DNA of 24,251 bases. It comes from a virus. Its lineage: Duplodnaviria > Caudoviricetes. The DNA lies in IMG/VR virus record IMGVR_UViG_3300037350_000004, positions 1 to 24,251 of that record. The stretch is one strand, 5' to 3'. The position numbers and the translations under genes were made by a program. Shown one piece after another: positions 17,097-24,251 of the stretch (positions are counted from its first letter, which is position 1; each line of letters starts with the position of its first letter). The notes under the pieces were generated by a model that was not told where the DNA came from, did not search any database, and worked only from the letters and a program-made list of their open reading frames with translations.

Positions 17097-20089
17097 GTAC
17101 AATTGACGGGCCGCAGAAACTCCTCGATATACTCCGCGATATTGCGGATAACGAGGACAAACTCAACGCACTGTCTGGCACAGGGCTAGTACTCAGAACT
17201 GGTGTGGTACTGAGTAGTTTACCAGAAGTAACTGTCGCTATGGATGGCGAGAGTTCTCTGGGTGGCCCAATGATCTTTGAAGAAGCGAAGGGCGATCTAC
17301 TTGTCCCCGAAGACATGATGTTGACCAGCGGTGACACAGTAGCAATGGCCCCGCTGTCCAAGAGACGTTGGGTCATCATGTTCAAGACCAGATTGAGTCG
17401 CGAGGAAATGTTCCGTGCTCGGTATGGTTTGAACAACGACCGCACTGGTGGAGAGTTTGCTGGTCTTGAAGTAGTGATGGATCCTGTAACTGGTGAAGTC
17501 ACTATCAATCTGGTTGGTGGTACTACGAACGTCAATGGTAATGACGTTCTGGTCAATGGTAATGAGATCCTACCAGAAGGTATACAGGGACCCATTGGTC
17601 CAGAAGGCCCCGCAGGTCCAGAGGGTCCACGTGGGCCACAAGGTGTTGCAGGACCCACTGGTCCAACAGGCGCACAAGGTCCCGCAGGTACACAAGGTCC
17701 AACAGGCTCTCCTGGTGCTGCCAGCACTGTACCTGGACCAACTGGTCCTATAGGTCCGACGGGTGCTGCTGGTCCACAAGGACCTCAGGGTGTATTAGGT
17801 GCGACAGGCCCTACAGGTGTCCAGGGTCCATTAGGCCCAACGGGATTACCTGGAACCAGTGGTGCAGGGGTACATGAAGAGTTCCTGCTTGGTGTGGCCG
17901 CAACTACTATAACTCTTTCACAGACCCCAGACCGCATCTTGATGGTTGCGCGTAATGGTGTTGTCCAGTCAGAAGTTGGTGGAGACTACACCATAGCTGG
18001 CGCTGTTATCACTATTACTGATCCAGCAGAAGCTAACACACGCTTCATAGTGGAGTATGCGGTACCTCAGACTGGTGCTGGTATTCCAGGACCCGCTGGT
18101 GCGACTGGACCACAGGGTCCAGCGGGTCCTGCTGGCTCTACAGGTGCACAAGGGAGTATAGGTCCAGCGGGTCCAACAGGCGCAACAGGACCTCAGGGAG
18201 CGCAAGGACTACAAGGCACGACAGGTGCTCAAGGACCTACTGGACCTCAGGGCACACAAGGCGTACCAGGACCAATAGGACCTACTGGTCCTCAAGGTGC
18301 AACAGGTGCGACTGGACCTACTGGAGCAACAGGCATTGGAGTACCTGCTGGTGGCACGGCAGGCCAGATTCTAACCAAAAATAGCTCGACCAACTATGAT
18401 ACGCTCTGGCAAGCTCCCGCTCCGAGCGGCATCACTATGCCACTGACGCAGCCGCTGACGTTCTCGCCAGATATCACACACGATATCGGAGCCAGTGGAA
18501 CGACCAGGCCACGCAATCTGTATCTGGGTAGTTACGTTGAGCAGGCGACTATCGCCAAGCCTGCCAATCCGCCAGCAGGCATGATGCGCATCTACCCGAA
18601 GAGCGACGGTGAGTATTACAAGCTCAATTCGGCGGGCCAGGAGACGGTTCTGGGTGCAGGCGCACAAGCGGCTGATACCGAAGAGTTTCTGCCTGCTAAT
18701 GGTGCAACGACGATTACTCTTAGTCGCAGCCCACAGGATATTTGGATGGTCACCCGTAACGGTCTAGTGCAGACCACAGCAGCGGGTGACTGGACGGTTC
18801 TGGGCAACGTCTTGACGTTCACCGACGCGTTCAATGGTGCCGAGCGGGTGACGGTCCACTACGCCTTTGGTGTGGTTGGCGCTACTGGACCTATTGGCCC
18901 CTCTTCCAGTGTTCATGAAGAGTTCATGCCTGCCAATGGTGCGACTACCGTTGTTCTTAGCCAGGTGCCACAAAGCATCCTGATGATCGCGAGAGCAGGC
19001 GTGGTGCAGTCGCAGGCCGATGGCAATTACAGCCTGGCCGTCTCGACGATCACCTTCACGGATGCTTTTGACGGCACGGAGCGGGTGATCGTTGACTACG
19101 CCTCGACCTCGTACACGCCGACGCCGCCCATCAATGGCTCTGGGATTTCTACTGGTACTCTGCCAGGCAGCGCATTGATCGACCAGGCTATCACTAACAC
19201 CAAGCTCGCAGCCGATACGGCTAGAGCCAACCTATTGGTCAATGGAGGTTTTGAGATCTGGCAACGCGGTAACGGACCATTCACCTCAGCGTATTGTGCC
19301 GATCGGTACTTTGTGGGTGTAGCGGGCACCGACACCGTCAGTGTTACTAAGAACACGGCAACTGTGGACAGTGGCTCGCGGACCTCAATGCAGGTTGCTT
19401 ATACGCGCGTCACGGGTGGCTCGAACATTTACCAGCAACTGATGGCGGCGGATGGGCATCAGTTGGGCGGCAAGACCGTCAGCGCGTCGGTCCGAGTACG
19501 TGCCGGAGTGGCGGGCCACTGCTGGCTGCTGTTGTCTGGTACGGGTACCGGGGTCGTGGCGGTGGGTTCGGCCTACCACCCTGGCGGCAATACGTGGCAG
19601 ACGCTCACGTGCTCTGCGTTCGTCGTACCGACTGACTACACCTACGTGTTGTTCCAGATCTTGTTCTCGCAGACCGACACGCTGTACTTCGACAACGCCA
19701 TGATCGTAGTGGGCAGCGTGCCAGCCGACTATGCACCTTTGCCGCCAGCTGACGACATGGCTCGTTGCCAGCGTTACTACGAGTTCATCTTTGGCGCTAG
19801 TGCAGGCGCACTAGCCCTGGGGTCTATGGTGTCGGCGACAACTATGTATATACCGTTCCCAATGAAGACGAGAAAGGCTGTCTCGCCAACCATTACGTAC
19901 ACCGCAACGATCAACATGCTGAATTCGACTGCTAGTGCTGGGTATCCTATTACTGCCTTCTCGTCAGGGTGGTCTGACACCGTGACATGTGCGGTCCAGT
20001 TCACAGCTGCAACAGCCCCGAATGCAGCAGGTCAGGCAATACTTGTTCAGGCCAATAACGGCACTCTCGTAGCCGAGGCCAATCCGTGA
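17093..20089 (+). CDS. XkdR/central-spike-like N-terminus fused to a collagen-stalked tail fibre with three repeated ~65-aa domains and a C-terminal CBM-like tip
   Basis: N-terminal [14 protein letters not shown]...[11 protein letters not shown]...WVIMFK is OB-fold/DUF2577-like and directly follows the hub. Two Gly-X-Y tracts; three EEF...R(N/A)G(V/L)VQ domains; [14 protein letters not shown]...CQRYY...EANP tip. Confidence 0.8.
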   Translation: MSTIDGPQKLLDILRDIADNEDKLNALSGTGLVLRTGVVLSSLPEVTVAMDGESSLGGPMIFEEAKGDLLVPEDMMLTSGDTVAMAPLSKRRWVIMFKTRLSREEMFRARYGLNNDRTGGEFAGLEVVMDPVTGEVTINLVGGTTNVNGNDVLVNGNEILPEGIQGPIGPEGPAGPEGPRGPQGVAGPTGPTGAQGPAGTQGPTGSPGAASTVPGPTGPIGPTGAAGPQGPQGVLGATGPTGVQGPLGPTGLPGTSGAGVHEEFLLGVAATTITLSQTPDRILMVARNGVVQSEVGGDYTIAGAVITITDPAEANTRFIVEYAVPQTGAGIPGPAGATGPQGPAGPAGSTGAQGSIGPAGPTGATGPQGAQGLQGTTGAQGPTGPQGTQGVPGPIGPTGPQGATGATGPTGATGIGVPAGGTAGQILTKNSSTNYDTLWQAPAPSGITMPLTQPLTFSPDITHDIGASGTTRPRNLYLGSYVEQATIAKPANPPAGMMRIYPKSDGEYYKLNSAGQETVLGAGAQAADTEEFLPANGATTITLSRSPQDIWMVTRNGLVQTTAAGDWTVLGNVLTFTDAFNGAERVTVHYAFGVVGATGPIGPSSSVHEEFMPANGATTVVLSQVPQSILMIARAGVVQSQADGNYSLAVSTITFTDAFDGTERVIVDYASTSYTPTPPINGSGISTGTLPGSALIDQAITNTKLAADTARANLLVNGGFEIWQRGNGPFTSAYCADRYFVGVAGTDTVSVTKNTATVDSGSRTSMQVAYTRVTGGSNIYQQLMAADGHQLGGKTVSASVRVRAGVAGHCWLLLSGTGTGVVAVGSAYHPGGNTWQTLTCSAFVVPTDYTYVLFQILFSQTDTLYFDNAMIVVGSVPADYAPLPPADDMARCQRYYEFIFGASAGALALGSMVSATTMYIPFPMKTRKAVSPTITYTATINMLNSTASAGYPITAFSSGWSDTVTCAVQFTAATAPNAAGQAILVQANNGTLVAEANP
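17579..17863 (+). repeat. Collagen-like Gly-X-Y tract 1 (one interruption)
   Basis: [22 protein letters not shown]...[11 protein letters not shown]...GLPGTSG. Confidence 0.95.
17870..19108 (+). repeat. Three copies of a ~65-aa beta domain (~17870-18063, ~18674-18870, ~18911-19108)
   Basis: [38 protein letters not shown] / [38 protein letters not shown] / [38 protein letters not shown]. Confidence 0.9.
18080..18340 (+). repeat. Collagen-like Gly-X-Y tract 2
   Basis: [13 protein letters not shown]...[10 protein letters not shown]. Confidence 0.95.
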
Positions 20090-20934
20090 CCAGGCAGCAG
20101 GTCTACAACGCTGACCTGAAGCCAGATACCGCAAGAAACAACTTGTTGACCAATGGTGGGTTTGAGATCTGGCAGAGGGGCAATGGGCCGTTTACGACAG
20201 GTTTCACTGCTGATCGGTGGCAAGTTGCTGCACTGACTGGTGGGACTGTAAGTATCACTCGTATTGCATCTACCACAGGATCTACAGGATTTTCTGCACA
20301 GGTTGTCTATGGTCATGCAGCAAGTCAATTGCTGCAATACGCGCAGACGATTGAAGATCCTAATGGGCAGCTAGCAGGGAAAACAATCACCTTCTCTGCG
20401 CGTATCAAGAGTAGTGTTATTGGTACCGCTAGACTCAAACTGCAAGATAAAACAATCGCCAATAGTGCTGTCAGTGGTTATAACGTAGGTACCAGTGGCG
20501 AGACGTTGACAGTCACGTTTACGATGCCGTCAAACGCAGTAAATGGTGTTTGGGCGATGCTTGAATGTAATGTGGCTTCTGCAACTGTGGAAATCAACGA
20601 TGCTACTTTGGTAGTAGGTAGTGTAGCTGCCGACTACGTGCAGCTACATCCGGCTGATGTACTGGTGCGTTGTCTCCGGTATTACGAGAAGGTTGTCGGC
20701 GCAGTTCGCATTCAAGCAGTCGGAGCAGGACAGTGTGGTTGGTGCCCATTATCCTTTGGTACTCTTAAAGCAACTACGCCTACTGCAACCTTCGGTGCTA
20801 CAGACAACACAGGCAACGTGACCTCAACACAGATCATCACTGTCTATACACACGGGGCGTCACTACAAGCTGTCTCTACCGCCGCTGGAGATATGTACTG
20901 GAATGGGACGACTATATTTGAGGCCAACCCATGA
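20086..20934 (+). CDS. Putative receptor-binding protein, paralogue 2 of the CBM-like tip module
   Basis: GTG start overlapping the upstream TGA; MTRQQV...[19 protein letters not shown]...[13 protein letters not shown]...FEANP. Confidence 0.8.
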   Translation: MTRQQVYNADLKPDTARNNLLTNGGFEIWQRGNGPFTTGFTADRWQVAALTGGTVSITRIASTTGSTGFSAQVVYGHAASQLLQYAQTIEDPNGQLAGKTITFSARIKSSVIGTARLKLQDKTIANSAVSGYNVGTSGETLTVTFTMPSNAVNGVWAMLECNVASATVEINDATLVVGSVAADYVQLHPADVLVRCLRYYEKVVGAVRIQAVGAGQCGWCPLSFGTLKATTPTATFGATDNTGNVTSTQIITVYTHGASLQAVSTAAGDMYWNGTTIFEANP

Positions 20935-21860
20935 CTCGTCAGCGGGTACCAAATATCGAGCTTGGAAGTGATGCGGCCAGAGTCAACCTGCTGACGAATG
21001 GAGGATTCGAGATCTGGCAGCGGGGTAATGGCCCGTTCACTGCGTCTGTGCGAACTTCGGACATGTGGGTATGGAGTCCGGTTGGTACGGATGCTATATC
21101 TATAAGTCGAGATTCCGCGAATGCTGATTTAGTGAATGGTAGTGCGTACTGTGCAGTGTGTACTTTCACGCTTGGTACTGGTGCTGGCCAGAGTTATGTT
21201 TTTCAACAACTTCAGTTGACAACTGAGAATCAACTGCATGGGCGTACGATTACATTATCCGCACGGGTGCGTACATCGACAGCAAATGCTGTGCGATTGG
21301 GTATCAACAATTATTATGGGTCGACTAGTCACTTTACCTATGGCACATTCCACTCTGGTAGTGGTCAATATGAGACGCTGAGCGTAACAGTTACGATGGA
21401 CGTAACAGCGACATATTGCCAACCAGGGATCTTCTTTGCTGCGTCTTGTACTGCTTACCTAGACAATGCTATGTTGGTCATTGGTAGTGTGCCTGCTGAT
21501 TTTGTGCCTATGCACCCAGCCGACGATTTGGCGCGCTGTCTCCGATACTACCAGCGTTGGGAACCAGCTCAGTCGGCGTATGCAATTACTCCAGGGCATG
21601 CGACGGCAGCGACGAATGCGTTTTTGTATTTGACCATGCGGGCACCGATGGCAATAACGCCGACGTTTACGCAGTCGGGCAGTTGGAGTCTGATCAATGC
21701 CGCGTACAACGCTTCCCTGCCTTGCACTGCGTTGACATTGTCAACGGCAACGACGAACATTGCGATTCTCACCGGGACGGTGGCGAGCGGACTCACCCAA
21801 GGGCAGTGGACGGGTCTGTTCCCGACAGGTACTTGGATTTCACTGGAGGCAAACCCATGA
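20931..21860 (+). CDS. Putative receptor-binding protein, paralogue 3 of the CBM-like tip module
   Basis: ATGA overlap; MTRQRV...[19 protein letters not shown]...HPADDLARCLRYY...LEANP. Confidence 0.8.
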   Translation: MTRQRVPNIELGSDAARVNLLTNGGFEIWQRGNGPFTASVRTSDMWVWSPVGTDAISISRDSANADLVNGSAYCAVCTFTLGTGAGQSYVFQQLQLTTENQLHGRTITLSARVRTSTANAVRLGINNYYGSTSHFTYGTFHSGSGQYETLSVTVTMDVTATYCQPGIFFAASCTAYLDNAMLVIGSVPADFVPMHPADDLARCLRYYQRWEPAQSAYAITPGHATAATNAFLYLTMRAPMAITPTFTQSGSWSLINAAYNASLPCTALTLSTATTNIAILTGTVASGLTQGQWTGLFPTGTWISLEANP

Positions 21861-22444
21861 GTGTGCGACCTGTTAAGTTCAATACCGATGGTTCTATTGA
21901 CGTGGTGTTCGATGAGATGGGCCATTCTGGTACTGTGTTAGCTGCTGACGTAGTATGGACAAAGAACATGGACGGTACTGACAACCACCAGTTCATCAAC
22001 TTACCGTGTCCAGACGGCTGTGGCGCTACTTCTACCTGGCCTGTGGGTGGTGGCGCAGATGCTATAATGGGGCAACAGATGTTTGTCAAGAAAGTTGAAA
22101 GAGAAGGTTGCCCATGTGGTTCTGTTGAGGTTGGCCGAACTGATGCAGTAGCCGAATCGCATGTCCGTCTTCAGGTCAATCGTATGGATGGTATGGGTCG
22201 CTGGCAGCAAGATGACGCTGAGACAAGGTTGGTAGCGGCAACCATGGAAGATACTACACCAACTTTCGAGGTAGTCTACCAACCAACTTCTGGATTGATA
22301 GTTGGTATGTTGCCTCAAGGTGGTGTAGGTGAAGATGTAGATATCGTGGTATTGGATATGGTTGAATATGATAATTTGATGCGCTACGTTCCTGCCTATC
22401 TTAGTGCCGATAACGAGCATATTGTGAGTACTCCAAGGGCATGA
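21857..22444 (+). CDS. Hypothetical 195-aa acidic protein with Cys motifs (CPDGC, GCPCG); possible fibre assembly factor
   Basis: ATG at 21857 overlaps the upstream TGA (MSVRPVKF...) and has ggagg upstream. The track's 21557 start is a shadow extension inside the previous gene. Confidence 0.7.
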   Translation: MSVRPVKFNTDGSIDVVFDEMGHSGTVLAADVVWTKNMDGTDNHQFINLPCPDGCGATSTWPVGGGADAIMGQQMFVKKVEREGCPCGSVEVGRTDAVAESHVRLQVNRMDGMGRWQQDDAETRLVAATMEDTTPTFEVVYQPTSGLIVGMLPQGGVGEDVDIVVLDMVEYDNLMRYVPAYLSADNEHIVSTPRA

Positions 22445-23835
22445 CAAGAACTAGAATCTTAACCACCGAAATCAAAGACGCTTCGGTCACTGGGCCGAAG
22501 CTAGCTATGCCTTTGGTGGTTACTGATTCTATCCAGCAGACGATGATTACTACACCTAGTAATCCATCTGCTGGTACAATGCGACTGTACCCTAAGTCCG
22601 ACGGTAAGTTTTACAGTCTTACGCCTGCTGGCCTTGAGAAACCTCTTGGTGCTGACGATCCACTAATTGTCAACAATGCCACGATCAATCAGGTACTGAC
22701 GGTAGGCCAGCGTATCGACGCGGCTAGCGGTGTGCCGTTGATCTTCAACGCAGGTGCTGCTGAGCGATATCGCATTGCGACTGACGGCAAGCTGTTAGTC
22801 GGTGGTGCCAGTGGTCCTTTCTTGAGACCACAAGGTGCGGGCAGTCTGGCCATCGAAGCTCCCACACAGTATCTCATGCTCCATTCTAAGTCAGGTACAC
22901 ACATCACTGGGAACCTGTACTGGGATGGTACCAATTGGATGCGTTATGACACGGCAGCACCAGCATCAATTGTGGTCACAAGCGCGGGCGGCATCAATAT
23001 GTACACGGTTGCCGCTGGTGCGAACCCTGCTACTGCTCTGATTGGTTTAATGACGCTCAGCGCGACGGGTGCAGTAAGTGTCGGGGGCGCACTTAGTGGC
23101 GTTACTGCGTTGTCCATGAGTGGTACACTGAGTGCTGGTGGGGTCAACACGGGGACGCTCGGTGTTTCTGGTGATTGGATCCGCATCAGTTCCAGTACAC
23201 TCGGTCTGTACAACTCGGTCCAGGGTGTGGGGGTCTATTTCCCTGACGCCAATGGACCAGCTCACTATCCGTTGGGTCAACGGCTGCTGCACAATGGTGA
23301 TGTTGGTGCAGGCGGCAATCAGCTCGTGCGCCGAGATGGCAGTGGCTACATCACAGGCAACTACATCAACCTGACAGCTGATATTCAAGGAGGTGCGCCA
23401 GCGTATGTCGCGGGCCAGAACGGAGACAACTATCTCCGCTGGTATCCACGATCTACGCTGGGGTTACCTCCTACTCTGAAATCCCAGAGCTTTACGCTGT
23501 CACTCGTAACCAATCAGGCGTGGAATGTGGCGACGATCAGCGGTGCAGCGGACGGTACCTATCTCGGCAATCAAGGTTCTTATCTCTCGGTCAAGCCAGG
23601 TGTCTTTCATATTTCAGGGACTGTTGGTGGGTATTACAGCACTGGTTTCCGCATCTACACAGACGGGGCATTGCGCGTGGATGTCAATACGTCACAATCT
23701 GATTTTGCTGGTGGTATTGGTGGCGGTTGGTGTGGTCAGGTCAATAGCAGCATCCAGTTTTATGGTCGGGCGGGTGTAAGCTATAGTGGTACCGTCGTGG
23801 TTACCTGGGTATCGACACCGAGCTATCCCAGCTAA
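22441..23835 (+). CDS. Tail fibre / receptor-binding protein
   Basis: MTRTRI...IKDASVTGPKLA fibre-type motif, ERYRIATDG, NLYWDGTNWMR, NQLVRRDGSGYI; Gly/Ser/Thr-rich beta composition; shares a module with the 998-aa fibre. Confidence 0.8.
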   Translation: MTRTRILTTEIKDASVTGPKLAMPLVVTDSIQQTMITTPSNPSAGTMRLYPKSDGKFYSLTPAGLEKPLGADDPLIVNNATINQVLTVGQRIDAASGVPLIFNAGAAERYRIATDGKLLVGGASGPFLRPQGAGSLAIEAPTQYLMLHSKSGTHITGNLYWDGTNWMRYDTAAPASIVVTSAGGINMYTVAAGANPATALIGLMTLSATGAVSVGGALSGVTALSMSGTLSAGGVNTGTLGVSGDWIRISSSTLGLYNSVQGVGVYFPDANGPAHYPLGQRLLHNGDVGAGGNQLVRRDGSGYITGNYINLTADIQGGAPAYVAGQNGDNYLRWYPRSTLGLPPTLKSQSFTLSLVTNQAWNVATISGAADGTYLGNQGSYLSVKPGVFHISGTVGGYYSTGFRIYTDGALRVDVNTSQSDFAGGIGGGWCGQVNSSIQFYGRAGVSYSGTVVVTWVSTPSYPS

Positions 23836-23847
23836 GGAGTTTTGATA

Positions 23848-24123
23848 ATGACAATGCCTCCTGTTCCTGTGCGAGTAGGTATGAACCCATTGACAGCTGA
23901 TGAGGTGAACGTCAATGTGGGTACTTTGCTGCGGCAGTTTGTTATCATTAAGGAGAACGTCGGACATTATCAAGCATGGTTGGCAGGTGTAGATCTCAAG
24001 GCAGAGCCATATAATATGGAAGCTGATCTTGAGGGTCTTCTAAAGAGTGCCGTGTTCGGCTTGGATAGTAGTTTGGACGCCATAGACATGAGCTTTATCA
24101 ATCGATTGGTAGGAGTGTGGTGA
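23848..24123 (+). CDS. Hypothetical protein (91 aa) following the fibre genes
   Basis: RBS aaggag at 23834-23839 lies 8 nt before ATG 23848; helical amphipathic sequence. Confidence 0.7.
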   Translation: MTMPPVPVRVGMNPLTADEVNVNVGTLLRQFVIIKENVGHYQAWLAGVDLKAEPYNMEADLEGLLKSAVFGLDSSLDAIDMSFINRLVGVW

Positions 24124-24251
24124 AACGTATAGCTCTCAAGAAGATGTCTGTTGGTGATGACGTTATAGTATGGGCAGAGGTCATACAACAATTGATGCGT
24201 CAGCCCATAGATCCTCAAAGAGGTGCTAATATTGAGGAAATGCGAAAGAGC
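24120..24251 (+). CDS. Hypothetical protein, 3'-truncated (MKRIALKKMSVGDDVIVWAEVIQQLMRQPIDPQRGANIEEMRKS...)
   Basis: GTGA overlap with the previous stop, aggag at 24111-24115, frame open to the window end. Not in the ORF track. Confidence 0.65.
   Translation, partial: MKRIALKKMSVGDDVIVWAEVIQQLMRQPIDPQRGANIEEMRKS

Larger units (their letters stand above)
1..24251 (+). mobile_element. Phage or prophage neck-tail-fibre structural module (contractile tail, myovirus morphotype); both ends lie outside the window
   Basis: Uninterrupted co-oriented genes in canonical order: adaptor, closure, gp10-like, terminator, sheath, tube, chaperones, tape measure, hub, fibres. Almost no intergenic DNA. Confidence 0.95.

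Noticed and set aside
21557-21856. 100-aa N-terminal extension of the 21557-22444 ORF
   Set aside because: It overlaps the upstream gene by 300 nt from a TTG; ATG 21857 has an RBS and the ATGA overlap used throughout the cluster.
19229-21860. Diversity-generating retroelement acting on the repeated tip modules
   Set aside because: No reverse transcriptase in the window and no near-identical TR/VR pair. Differences between copies are at synonymous positions of all bases, not adenine-specific. A DGR elsewhere on the contig cannot be excluded.
21846-21860. -1 frameshift fusion at EANP junctions (A AAC CCA heptamer)
   Set aside because: The heptamer is present only at the third junction, CCC is a poor slippery triplet, and simple ATGA coupling with a GAGG RBS explains the overlap.
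19229-23835. Invertase-driven shufflon (Gin/Cin/Rci type)
   Set aside because: All modules are co-oriented full ORFs with their own starts. I saw no inverted crossover sites or recombinase, and the identical DNA I noticed in all three copies is only about 11 bp.
194-24218. Numerous minus-strand and alternative-frame ORFs (e.g. 194-979, 2705-3445, 11839-12567, 17023-17727)
   Set aside because: They lie within long + strand genes and are low-complexity mirror translations of Ala/Gly/collagen-rich sequence with no recognisable motifs.
1-24251. tRNAs, ncRNAs, terminators, att sites or stop-codon reassignment
   Set aside because: No intergenic space or convincing hairpin-plus-U tract was seen, and genes tile cleanly under the standard code using TAA, TGA and TAG as stops.

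Overview
The whole window is one densely packed, + strand structural (late) gene cluster of a tailed phage or prophage with a contractile tail. Its neck-to-spike gene order resembles Bacillus PBSX xkdJ-ykzM-xkdK-M-N-O-P-Q-R. In order: a 5'-truncated >1300-aa repeat protein carrying a DUF4038/GH140-like glycosidase domain; head-tail adaptor; head closure; HK97 gp10-like protein; tail terminator; YqzN/YkzM-like protein; sheath; tube; tail assembly chaperone pair; tape measure with a C-terminal C39-like Cys peptidase; tube initiator with a degenerate LysM; baseplate hub fused to lytic transglycosylase and amidase domains; an XkdR/spike-like domain fused to a collagen-stalked fibre; and a cluster of receptor-binding proteins. 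The most unusual points are: (i) a candidate branched receptor-binding apparatus on the central spike (three repeated putative docking domains, three downstream proteins starting MTR, three paralogous tip domains ending EANP), with no baseplate wedge genes in their usual position; (ii) a chaperone junction needing a +1 rather than -1 frameshift; (iii) strong CCGG depletion that relaxes in the tip modules; (iv) several hydrolase domains fused into structural proteins. All family calls come from motif recognition and synteny, and all counts were made by eye; no searches were run.
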